A stretch of DNA of 63,944 nucleotides, filler included, from Ministeria vibrans ATCC 50519 (taxonomy: Eukaryota; Protista; Filasterea), in assembly GCA_943704425.1 (NCBI GenBank). It is 5 parts of 5 records of this genome, joined end to end, with 100 filler letters (N's around TTAATTAATTAA, not from the genome) between each part and the next. Parts side by side here need not be neighbours in the genome. Positions count along the whole stretch, not along the records: positions 28,579 to 53,479 come from CALSCP010000408.1; 4 more parts are not named here. One strand, written 5' to 3'. The notes under the pieces are model-generated. The model was not told where the DNA came from. It made no database searches and saw only the letters and a program-made list of their open reading frames with translations. Of this stretch, positions 35,584-48,024 are shown one piece after another. The number at the start of each line of letters is the position of its first letter. The first letter of the stretch is position 1. Made by a program: the position numbers and the translations under genes.

Positions 35584-36236
35584 AGTCCCTTTATAACAAG
35601 CACACACACATACGTACACCACAAAGCACTCCTACTACTACTACTACTACGACACACAACACAAATAATACACACACACACACACACACAAAAGGCGAAC
35701 TTACCTTCATTCGCATAAATTCTAACAGTTCTTCATCATCCTGTGGGTCTGGCGCGGGATATGCAGACGCGTCCCACAAAGCAAGCCACGTGGCAAACGC
35801 CCGCTGGTTCCCCCCATTGAGAATCACCTTCATTTCCTGGGAAAAAGAAGAAGAGCCAAAACACACAGAAAAAACCATCGTTGTCAACACTCAGTCGCTC
35901 GCACATCTCCAGTCTGTCGGACCCTCGGCGTTGGTCTTACTCTCGTGCTAAACACCCCCGCATTGACACTCTTGCAGCGGAAGCCCAGCATGTCCAGCAG
36001 CCCCCTGGGTCGGCGAGGGAGAGCGCCAAGACAACGTCGGTCACACAACACAACTGCGAGATGGGATGTGCAAAATCTGCCACTTACCGGCACCTATCGC
36101 AGACAAACGCCCCATTGTGCATGGATGCAAATGAAAGCGGTCCAGCCGCTCCACACTCCACGCACAGCGAGTTTTCAGGACGAGATATCAACTCGGAGAG
36201 GATCTTGAAATTTTCCGTGTCGATTGATCGCGACAT
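34534..36236 (-). CDS. ArfGAP-like zinc finger + C-terminal PX domain protein
   Basis: RPENSLCVECGAAGPLSFASMHNGAFVCDRCR|GLLDMLGFRCKSV...GGNQRAFATWLA...FMRMK|YVERKF. PX: HRLLRSYNEFFDFQCGLLDQ|FPKEAG...RIIPYLPGK...AEERVGQLDQYVHELM...FKTFF. Confidence 0.82.
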
Positions 36237-36395
36237 GATAATCTTTCAACAGTCCGTGCGACCCAAAGCGGAAAAAAAAACGAACACACGTCGCTACACA
36301 GCCTTTCTGTTCGACTCTTCACTTCAACACTTGAAAAAATAAACGAATAATTAATGGTGCGAAATGAATAATGAACAATAATAATAATAATAATA

Positions 36396-36431
<36 letters not shown>

Positions 36432-36478
36432 GCGATTGACATCATTTCTCACTTTAGTCACTTAATCACTTTTTTCAA

Positions 36479-39400
36479 ATGAGCCGTCAGGGCCCTCCGT
36501 TTAACAACAACCGCGGTGGCGGCCGCGGTGGAGGTCGTAGTCACTCTGGAGGACACCCGTACGCCGACTACACCGGTCCCCAACCGTACGCTGCGCCTGC
36601 CATGCCGGCAATGCCACCGCCCTACTTTCCGTCGACTCCTTTGGCCGCTGCCGCCGCTCTCGCCGCTGCTTCGGCCACTGCCGCCATGCCGTCCATCGCA
36701 CCAGGCTCTTTTCTACCTCCACGCGCGTATCCCGTGCCTCACAACATCCCATCGACGCCGGCAGCGCACATCGAATACACCGCTCACCAAATCGTCGCTG
36801 TCGCCCCAAACATTCGTCACCACGAGTTTCTACTGCACGACCTCTCGCGCAACCTTGTCTTGTCGGCACACAGTCCCTCCAGCGCCATTGCCAAGCACTT
36901 TCCTCCCTTACTCGACGCCCTGAGTCCCGTTGTCGTCAACTATTCTGTTGAGCGAAACATTCGAAAGCTCGCCGCCGACTCTCTCATGCTCTTTCTACCG
37001 CACCTCTGGCACGCCTCCTCCGCGTCGCGTCTCCTTTCTTGGGCGCTCGCCAAGGCCGAAGGACTCCCTCCGAGCAGCGATCAAGCCACTGTCTCTGCTC
37101 TCCGTCCCCCTCATCAACACCGTAGCATTTCGCCCCTCGCCGCCCTCGCTCGCTTCCTCTGCAACACAAACACAACGGGCATCCCCGCTGACTTTGTGTC
37201 CGACCTTCTCTTGGGTGTCGTGCGTCTTGTCACGCTTCACACCGAGGACACGCACAATTTCAGGCGGTCGCGCGCCTTCTACGAGACCTACATGCGTCTC
37301 CTCGGCTGGACTGTCGACTGCCACCCCGACCTCTTTGACAAGCACTTTGAGCGCCTTGCCGCCGCACTCATCGCACTCCTCCGAACCCCTCTCGCCCCCT
37401 CGTCCACCACCAACCTCTCGGCACAGCTCCTCATCGGCCTGCAATTCTTCTGGGCATCCCATCTGCAGTGTTTCGTTGATCAGATCCACTCGCTGCTCGA
37501 CAGCCTCGAGTCGCTCCGAGATCAACTCGCCGAATTTGACTCGCTCAATTCCACGCACTATAGACCGTCAAAAAAGGTGGCGCTGAGTCTGTCACGGGCG
37601 CTGTTCGCGCTCAAGACCACCTTTGAGTCGGCGGGCGCCTACTTCTCGCCCGCCTCGGGTGGTCCCATGCGAACCGATGCCCTCGTCACCATCGCAAATC
37701 GCCTTTTTGCTGTCTGCACCGGTGTTCACTGTCTCTTGCGCGTCGCACCACGTCTTGCCGAGTTCTCCCACCAATGGATTGGCCTTGTCCATGCCATTGT
37801 GGGCTCCCTTGCCGCCTCTCAGACACACCAGTTTGCGCCGTTTGCCGCAGGTGCACTCACTCTGCTTCTCGAGGAGTTTGTCGTCGTCGACCACGATCGA
37901 GCGCTCATTCATGTATTTGATCCCGCTCATCTCGTCAACTGGTGTAACGCCCTTACGTGCGTCGCCTCCGCCTCGGCCTACGACTGGCCCCTCGAGACTG
38001 TCCACCTCTTGCTCGGTTCCGACTCGCCGCTCACTCGCCTGCGCCACCACGCCCACCCGTCTGTCGTTGTCGCTGCCCTCGACGTCCACATCGCCCTCTT
38101 CTCCTCTGGTGTCATTCACCTCGTTGCCGAAGCGTACACGGCCCTCGCGTCGAGTCTGATCGCGCTCCTCGACAGTCGCCTTGATAATCCCTCGGACGAC
38201 CACAAGGCCGTAGTGCTAGGCCACAGTCACAATACCCTACTGGTGCTCCCACCCGTTACCCCTTCACTTACCGCTGCTCAGCAGGATTCCGCTATTGCTT
38301 TTCACATCAGCGTCTTTCTGCGTCTCCTCTCCGTCGCCTCGAGCGACCGCCGTCTCCTCACCTGTCTTGGCACTGTCCAGTATCCACAGACGCTCAGCGT
38401 CTTTTTAACGCGCGTCTGTGCTCACCCAAATCTCCCCTGGCACCTCGCTGCGCTCGCCATTGAAACTCTTTCCGCGTGTACCAACACACTCCAGCAGTCG
38501 CGCGTCACTCCCGCCACAACACTCGCCTTGGCCGTGAGTGACGCCTGCTTTGCCGTCTTGCGACGCGGCCCGCTCAGTCCAGATCACGACCTTTGGGTCG
38601 ACTCCCACACCTCACTCACCCTCACGCGTACCCTCTCGCTTCTCTCGCAACAACCGTCCGCCCTGTTTTCCAACGCCTCCTCGTCGATCACCTTGAGCCA
38701 AAATATTCACGAGTTGATCACCCCACTCGTTTGTCTCAACGATGCTGAGGTGCGTGCCGCCGCCTTGCACTGTCTCACTAAGCTCGTCGAGTCTCTCCCA
38801 CTTGTCGACACAGTGCACCACACAACGGGCACCTCGTTGGCGTCTTCTTGTCTCACCGCACTTGCCGACGAAGACCCTAGAGTGCGCGACGCCGCTCAGC
38901 GCGCCGTGCCCGTTGTCATTGGCATCAATGCCTGGCGCATTGATGAGGACTCGGCGGCCGCCATGGCATTGCGGGCTCTTGCCATTCGTCCCCGTCCCGA
39001 GGCGTTTTCCGAGGCTCAGTTTGAGACGACAGTTTGTTCCGTCGTGGCCGTGAAGCCGCCGTCATCCAAACGTGGCTTCCCCGATTTCACCGACTGCTTT
39101 GACAACGATGACAACGACGGTGGCGACGACAACGACGAAGTCGATGTCAACAGCGCCAACGACTCCAGTAGTGCACGCGAGGAGGGCAAGGTTGGCAAGT
39201 CGACGCGCCTCGTGAACCAATTAAAGGACATCGTCGCACTCTGTGGCTCCGCCAACGTGAACATGGGTAACATTGCGAGCAGCACTCTCGCGCGGTCGCA
39301 ACCCATACGGCAACACGCACTTTCTGGTGCCTTTTCACTGTCGAGCAATCGTCACTTGCTCATGCTACATGCTAGCTACGAGACGGCTCGCTTCACAGTC

Positions 39401-42400
39401 GCCGCTCGTCTGCGCACCCCTTTAGGTTTGCCCATCGAGACACTCACTGCTTTTGAGCAGCACATCCAGAAGCTCACGTCGCTCTTGGAACGCGACCCCT
39501 CCGTCTCGTCTTCGGTCCATGTTCACGTCTCCGACGATCACCATGCTCTGGCGGCCCTTCATTTCATCGATCATTTAGAGCGCTGCATGGCGACTGCAGG
39601 AGAGGGCGCTCGCTCACACCACCAACAGCAGCAACAGCAACAACAACATCAACAACATCAACATCAACACCAACAACAACAACACCACGGTATGTATCCC
39701 GCAGCTGCGCAGAATTTCTTCCATACAAATCGATCCTCGTGCGACGCGTGGTTGTCACGTTTGCGCCAGTCGTTGTGCTCGCTCGCGTCGTCGGTTGATG
39801 CCCACGAACACGCCGTTCATCATGGCATGGAGCGTCTGCGCGAACTCATTGTCTCGGGCGAAAACCGCAACCGTGGTACCTTTGAGCGCACCTGCGCCTT
39901 TGTGGCTCGCTCACTCGTGCGTCTCCATGATTATGACACTCTCACGGGTCTTGTTGCCTGGTCACGCTCCTGCAGTCTTGCTCCTACCGGCGAAGAAGCG
40001 TCCTGGATGCCCTGGCTTGACGCGTGCATTGCCCAGGCAAAGGGTCGTCTTGAGGACGCGATCTCCCTCTATGCGCGCCCTTCTCTTGTCGCGGGCGACT
40101 CGTCTGGCGCCACCCTTGCCGCTGTGGAACGTGTTCTTTGTGCCGCTCAGCTCGGTGAATGGGACATTCTCCGGGGCGTTGCAACAGCGTCCGATAGTGT
40201 GGCGACGGCGCGGCATGCTTCTAAGATGGCCGCGCGTCTTTCCGTTTGGGAACAAGTGGAAAATCCGACGGCGACGTCGCAAAGTGAATCGTTTGGTGGC
40301 GATGCCGCTCGCCTGGGGGTTTTTGGTCGTGGGCTTGATGGAGCAGTGTGGCGTTGTCAGGACACGCTTATGCGTTCACTGGTGGCCATGCAGCAGCGTC
40401 ACGGCCATGGACCCGCAAAAAAACTTTGTTCTATTGTCGAACGTGATGCGCACTCTGCGCTGCTCTTTCGTGCTTCGTTCAACTCACCCGCTCTCGCACC
40501 CATCATTTCCGTCTGGCAATGCGCCCACGTCGTGCTCGACGAAGCCGCTCAGCCTCCACTCTCCTACACCCCCAACGCCACCGCTCCTCGTCGTTTCCCT
40601 CGCCGGCCTCTCATGGAGCGTCTGCACATGGACGCACTGCAGCTACGTGGTGCTGGTGCCGCATCCACACTGCTTGCTCTCCGTGTCCTCGACGCCCTTC
40701 CTCATGGTGGCAACACCCACACGCTTCGCATCCACTTGGCTCGTCACGCTCGCCATCTTGGAAACCTCTCCTTTGCCCAAAAATCACTGCCGTCGACCAC
40801 CACAGCGTTTGGGAGTGCACCACCTGAATGCTACGAGCGCGCGAAACTGCTGTTTGTATCGCAACGTGTGCCCGAGGCGGTCGAGCTGATGATTCGACTG
40901 TCGCATGCACCGGACAACGCCTCGTCTCGTCACTACTCCACGCGTGCGCTGCTCACCCTTGCTCGCTGGTGTCGTCGCTCACGTGTTCAGACCGTTCCTC
41001 AGATAGTGCATCGTCTCAGCGAGTCGCTCCAGACCAAGCCCATCGTTGCACACGTTCCACCTGCACTGCGGCTTGTCACTCCAACACTCTCCTTGGACCA
41101 TGACCATGACAACCCCAACTGCTGCAACGTCGAGACAAGCTCTCTTGCAGGCGCCTACTTGGCTCGCGCTGTTGTCAATGCAGATGGTTCCCTGGGCAAG
41201 GCGTGGCACGCCTACGCCGCTTGGGCCTATCAACAGAGTCGTCTTGCGGCTGCTGACCAGCAGACAGCAGTGTCACACCAAACACAACAGTTTCGCCGCC
41301 ATCGTCATCGTCGTGGTCCTCATCGAAACCGTCACCCTGCTAGTCGCAGTCCTACAAGGTCTCATCAAGAGCAATCATCACTGCTCCTTGTGGGTGACGA
41401 AGACGAGGACGACGATGATGACCGTCATTCCCACAACGATGAGGGGGACGCTCTGGTGGTGGAGGAGGAGGAGGAGGAGGAGGAGGAGGAAAGCAACGCC
41501 CCTGACGGCGACGATGGTACTGTCGTGTCTGCCGGTACATATGCTGTGAGTGCCGCGCACGCCTACTTTCGGTACCTGTACCTGGACGGCGCTAGCTTTT
41601 CCCCATCGCTGCTCATCCCCAGTGCGCTTGACCTGGACTGCGCTCCTTTGCGTGTTTCTGGCGGTAGCACAGCTAACACTAAACAGACGACGACGACGAC
41701 GACAAGTGCACCAACGTCGTTGCTTCACGACACCGACAATGATGCGGCGTCATACACGCACCACACGCCAAAGACGGGCCAGCGCAGTCTAACAGCCATT
41801 TTACGACTACTTCGACTCATTGTTAAGTTTGCCACCAATGCCGAGGTGAACTCGCTCGTCGAAGAGCACCTAGGCAAAGTGCCTACTCAGCCGTGGCTCT
41901 CTATCGTGCCCCAACTCTTTGCACGTCAGGAACATCCTTTGCCGAGTGTCAGTCGCCTGGTTACCACGTTACTCTGTCGCCTTGCCAGTGCGCATCCTAG
42001 CTCCATTGTGTTTGCGACTATGACCCGCCTCGAGCATGGTCGTCACGCGCCCGCCGTCCGGCCCATCGTCCATGCGCTGCTCCAGTCGGCACCCCAGGCG
42101 GTCAATGAGGCTAAGGTGTTTCTCGGCGAGCTTCGCCGCGTGGCGCGTCTCTGGAGCGAACAGTGGTTGCAGTGTTTGCAACGATTGCGCAGCGAGGTGG
42201 TCGCACGCGGTCAAAAGGCGGTCGAGGAGTGCGCGCGCGTTGCGCACAATGCGTCACTGTTGGAACGCGAACGGCGCCGCCTGGGCGACGAGAAACACAC
42301 AGCAATCATGATGCCCGTGCTGCGCGAACTCGATGCTTGTGCCGCAACCACGTACAGCGGTCACGAGATGGACACCAATGTGATTGATCACTCTCGTCTG

Positions 42401-45400
42401 TCGGTGGACGAGTCGCGTTTTGTGAGCGAATTTCATGCGCGCATTGTCTCGCTTCGTCTGTCACTCGCCCAGCCCGTGTGGCCCGACGAAGCTACTGCCG
42501 CCACAGACGCAGAGACTGTTTCTGTCAAGGGCACCAATGGTCGTGGCAAGGCGAAGGGAAAGGCTCGAGAATCCACGACCACAACAACAACAACAACATC
42601 ATCGTCATCATCATCAGCAGCAGCAGCATCAGCAGCAGCAGCAGCAGCACCGATGCGCCCTGTCTGGTCTGACATGATGGACCGTCTTATTGGTGACTTG
42701 GAGCGTGTCGAAGGGTCGCTTGCCGAGCACCCTCGCTCCATGAGCGATGTTTCGCCGGTACTGGCACAGTTCCACGCGAGCGAACTTGAGGTGCCCGGTG
42801 TACCTGGTGTGGTCATTGGCGGTGTGGGCGAGCGTTTCCAGACGCTTCGAACGAAGACGCGTCCCAAAAAGCTATCGTTCTTGGGCGACGATGGCCAGAC
42901 GCACTATGCGCTGCTCAAGGGTCTAGAGGATCTTCATTTGGACGAGCGCGTGTCGCAGTTTATTGCCGTGGTGAATGCGTCATTGGAGCGCGACAGTGCC
43001 TCGAGTGCGACCACACGCGGTCTCTCGTCTATTCGCCACCGTGCTCGTACGTACACGGTGCTTCCGGTGGGCAGTCGGTGTGGTCTCATTCAGTGGGTAC
43101 GAGGGTGTACGCCTTTGTTTGCGCTTGTAAAACGCTGGCAACGTCACGACGCTGACATGGAGCATAAGCGCAAGAAGAAAGGGCCCTCCAGCGACGCCAC
43201 GGCAGCATCCTCTGTTGCCGCTGCTGCACCTCCCCCTGTCCCATTGTTGCGGCCCAGCGAACAGTTTCAAGTGGTCCTTCAGGCGAAGATGCGCGCCGCA
43301 GGCATTCAGACGGTGCCGAGCGACCGACGTTTGTGGCCCATGGCAGTGCTGCGCGAAGTCCATGCCGAGCTCGCCTCGAAGGTGCCCGCGTCGCTTCTTG
43401 AACGCGAACTCTGGCTTGCGTCGGGCACCGCTGAAGCCTGGTGGCGCACGCGTGTCAATTTCGCGTGCAATCTTGCTGTGGGCTCGGCCGTCGGATACGT
43501 CATTGGGCTGGGAGATCGTCATTTGGACAACATCCTGCTGAACACGAGCACGGGTGAAGTGGTGCACATTGACTACAACGTATGCTTTGACAAGGGCCGT
43601 CGACTGCGTGTTCCCGAGCGTGTCCCGTTCCGCCTCACGCGTGTGTTTGAGCATGCCCTTGGGCCCGTTGGAACACGCGGGAGTTTTCGGGCGACGCTCG
43701 AGCGAGTGCTCTCGGTGATGCGTGAGAACAAGGAGACGCTTCTTACGCTGCTCGAGGCTTTTGTGTACGATCCTCTGATTGACTGGACCTCCGATGTGGC
43801 GGTGGAGCGTGAGCGTGCCGAGATGGACGCAGGTGAGGCAATGGCGTTGTTGTCGACCCGTGCCAGTGAACATCGCGCGCTCCTTGCCGAGTTCCAAGTG
43901 CGTCTGGGTGAACTCGCTGCTGAATGGGACTCGGTCGTGGCGAGTGCTGGTGCGTCTGATGATGGAGACCAGGCGTCAGCCGTGGCCGACGAAGTGCATC
44001 ATTTGGAGGTGGCACTGCGCAAGGGACCTGAGACGCTGAAGCAATCACTGGAGACTGCACGCGAATTCTTGTCGAGCACCGAACGATTGCACGCACTGCG
44101 TGTCGCAGCGACACAGCTCTCGTCGGTTCTCGAAGGCTGGTACGAAGCGCATCGCGCTTCTATGGACGCGGCCCTGTCACTAGCATCTGCTGCGCCACTG
44201 CCATCACAACTGCAATGGGTCACGGACATGCAAGCACTGCTCGCCGAGCCCACTGGTGGGAATTTGCTTCCACCTCCGCCAACCCGTGTACCACCACCTC
44301 AACAACAACGGCAATTTTATCAACATGTGGTGGAGACTCATCAAGCGCATTGCACCGCCGAGCTCGAGTGTCTTGGTGCGTTGCGTGTTTACGGCGAACG
44401 AGTGCTTCAGGTGCAGCGCGCAGCGAATTTGCCGGAGACGACAGGTCCCGTGCCAACCATTGGTTGCTCGTGGTGGTTTGTCGAGTCGTTGCGCCTGTGT
44501 GTCGCTCGCGATGCGTGTGTGTCCCTTGGTGATCGTTCGGTGCTTCCGGCGCGCGCTAACAAGGAGATTCTGCATCGTGTTAGTCGCGGCATGGCGCAGT
44601 GGCACACTCAGGCGTGCGACTATTTAGCGACACTCCCGAGCACCAGTGTCGACGCAGCGAGTGTGCTGGGTGCCTTGCAGTGTGTGCAACACATTGATGA
44701 GGTGTGCTTGCGCTGCACGATTGCACCATGCGCCACATTGGTTGCGTCGGAATTGCACTGGTGCAACCAGCTAATGGATTTGCTTCGCTCCGTGCCAACG
44801 ACCACTGACCATGCGAGTGTGGTGCCCTGGCTCACGCACGTTCACGATGCACTCGTGGCCATTGTGCCACTGGCACGGACATCCTCGTTGAGTGTCGGTG
44901 ACGCAGTGGATCTCGATGGTCTTGCAGCGAGTCGCGAGCTTGTGACACGTTTTGTGGTGATCATGGTACATCTACCGGTACATCTGTGTTTCGTCGACGC
45001 TCCCGAACACCTCTTGGCGTTTGTCACGTTTGCTGACTCGCTCGAGTGTGTTGCGGGCGACGTGGCGTTTCTCGTGGAGAAACTCGAGACGGTGTGCGAT
45101 GAGCATGGGCGACATAGTGGGGCGGTGCGAACGGCTCGCAAGTGGCGTCGCGTACACACGCGCGCTGTGGCGGTTGCCGACAAGGTGGCGCGCATTTTGA
45201 ATGAGTCGTCCATGCCGCATGATGTTGCGCCGTACAATGTTGGTGCGCACACTTCCAGTGCGGTTGCCGAGCAAATCCGTCAGCTGAACGGTCTGTTGGC
45301 TGCCTGTGAAGAGCCCTGGCGTCGACTGGTTGCCGTTGCCGAGTCTAAAAGTGGGTCTGGGGCCAGTAGTGCTGCTGCTGCTGCTACTACTACTACTACT

Positions 45401-46995
45401 GGAGGTGAAGGAGGAGGAGGAGGAGGTGGAGGGAGCGGAGCGCCGACGGTGGCTGAGCTGCGGGACAATCTCATGGCGTGTCGTCGCATTCAGACAGTGT
45501 TGGGTCTGGTGCGGCAGTGGCGCGCCTGTGTGGTCACTGCTCTCGACGCGCATCCTCAGCTTGTGGTGTGTCGTGTAGTCGATGACGATGAGACGGAAGT
45601 GTTGGCAGAGAGTGCGGCTGCGTCTGCGGCGACGCCACTGCCACTGGACCCGCTGAACGTGTCGACATTGATGCGATACTTTGTGATACCGCTGATGCGC
45701 GACCAGGTCTCGCGTCGAGTGGCCGCCCATGTGGCGCGCCGTATGTCGACAGAGCACCAACAGACGGCGACGGTGGATGTGTTGCCCGAGACGGTTGAAA
45801 TTGTGCTGGCGCACGAGCAGACGTGGCAGTGTCTCCGTGGGAGCACGCGCCGCTTAGTAGAGAGCACTGTTGCGGTGACACAGCGACTATGTGCCGTACA
45901 TCAGATTGCGTGTGGTCACCCTAATGAAGAGTTGGCCATGATGGTTTCCCAGGCGACTGGCGTCGTCTCGAGTGCCTGGCAGCAGCTTGAGTGCACAGCG
46001 AGTGCGCACATTGCAGCTCTGACCGCGTACATGGACAGTCAACCGCAGCAGCGAGAGGCGAAAAATGTGTCTGCACGCGCGATGCGGTCTGAGATGGACC
46101 AACGTTTGGCGACGCTGTGCTCGGGTGTGGTTCACTTTGAAGGGACGCGCTGGGCGTGTCCTCGGTCGAATGGTGAAGAAGTGTCGGTACTGGATCAGCA
46201 CGACTCTATTATTGGGCGCATTCGTGAGTGCGCCGTTTCCGTGAAGCGCACGAGCGAGTCACTCGCGCACGTTGGGGGTGCTCGCATGGCGATGGCTGTG
46301 GCGACGGCACAGCAGCACGAACCCCACCTGAGTGTACATCGTGCGGTGGAGTCGCGCCTCCGTGTACTTTCAGCCAGGGTACGTGAACAGTCTGACGCAC
46401 AGACGGCAAAAGAGCAGCGTGCGACACGTTTACGCAATGAGTGGCAGCAGTTTTGGCGATCGCAAGTGGAGCCGGTCTGCGGACGCGAGCTGTGTCATTT
46501 GGCTGAGGAATGTGTGCGCACGGGACGCGCGTGTGGGCGCGAAAACGAAGGAGCGGCGCACCTGGTGGAGTCGTATGGACTGCTGAGTGCAGCTGTCGAG
46601 GCACTGCTGAGTAGCGCAAGTGGAGTGGGTGGTGCGACTGTGGTTGACAGCGCCGAGGAGTTCTTTGGTCGTGTATTTGAGCTGATGGTGAAGGAGGTGA
46701 GCGATGAGATGGACACTGCGGCTGGTGTTGATGGGCGGATAGTGGAGGAGGAAGAGAAGGATCTTGACGAAGACGATGTAGAGGAAGAAGACGATGCGGC
46801 CGAGTATGCTGGAATGGCTAAGGTAGTGCTACACGACGGGTGATGCATTGCTTTTGATTCTCACTAAAAGACGTGTTATCATGTAGATTGTGGCTGACAT
46901 TCTGGGCGAGGACGAAGCTGGCTCCGAGGCTGAGCTGTCACAGGATAAGGAGCAGCGCAGTGTGACGACGGACGCGAGAGCACACACAGAAGAAG
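36479..46995 (+). CDS. SMG1: SMG1 PIKK kinase (NMD); 10.3-kb first exon plus a short second exon (46887-46995); FATC not found
   Basis: RLRTPLG, WLSIVPQLFAR, TKTRPKKL, KGLEDLHLDER, GLGDRHLDNILL, VVHIDYNVCFDKGRRLRVPERVPFRLT and ETLLTLLEAFVYDPLIDWT, followed by a long post-kinase insertion typical of SMG1. Confidence 0.93.
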
Positions 46996-47028
46996 GTGCG
47001 ACGAGATACGAACCGTATCAGTCTGAGC

Positions 47029-47108
<80 letters not shown>

Positions 47109-47230
47109 TAATAATAATAATAATTAAAATAATATTTATTTTATTATAATATTAATATTAATAATAATTTATTTATTATTAATATTATTATTAATAATAT
47201 TATTATTTTTATTATTACATTTTATTATTA
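47029..47230. repeat. (AAT)n / AT-rich microsatellite, probable assembly junction
   Basis: Long TAA array followed by TTA-rich sequence, lying between two truncated genes. Confidence 0.85.
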
Positions 47231-47252
47231 TTGTTCTTGTTTGGGGCTTTCT

Positions 47253-47296
<44 letters not shown>

Positions 47297-47299
47297 CAG

Positions 47300-47688
47300 G
47301 CAACACTGCGGTGTATCTGCTGTACGCTCTGGTGCGTATGGACTCGATCAAGCGCAAGGCGGGTGTGACAGAGGAGTCTATTGTGGCGGCGGTTGACTCG
47401 CTCGAGCTGACACACGAGAAGGAAATCGAAGTGGCCAAGCAGCTCATTCGCTTCCCTGAAGTGCTCGAGTCTGCCATGGCAGACCTCATGCCGCACACAA
47501 TCTGTGACTACCTGTACATGCTCTGTGGAGCGGCGACCGAGTTCATCGAGGCTTGCCGTGTCATCGAACACGTGGGTACGCCCGAGCAGAAGGTCAACAT
47601 GAGCCGAGTGGTGCTGTGCGAGGCGGCCGTCAAGGTTCTCAAGGCCGGCTGCCAGATTGTGGGGCTGAAACCTATCCAGCGCATGTGA
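47300..47688 (+). CDS. RARS: Arginyl-tRNA synthetase, last exon only (DALR anticodon-binding domain)
   Basis: GNTAVYLLYALVRMDSIKRKA, PHTICDYLYML, SRVVLCEA, GLKPIQRM*. It is preceded by a poly-T/CAG acceptor, but no upstream exons are present. Confidence 0.9.
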
Positions 47689-48024
47689 GAGAGAGAAAGT
47701 TGTGTGGTTGCAAGTAAAAATGACACAGTTGCCGTCACGGTGGATGAGGTGGATGAGGATGTCTTTAGCGTTGCAATTAATTTATTTTGATCAAACGGTA
47801 TTTCAGTAGGGTATTGTTCACAGAGTGTCGATGGTCCTAACACAATTTGCACAAATCCCTGATATCGCTCGGAACCGCCTTCAAGCGACACAAACATCGA
47901 AAGGGACTAAGGGAGCGGAGACAAAGACATTAAAGTGATATCAAACAAAATAATTATATTATTCAAACATTCGAGTTTTGAGTTGACAATAACTTTGATT
48001 GATTATTTTAATTCTTGCCTGACA

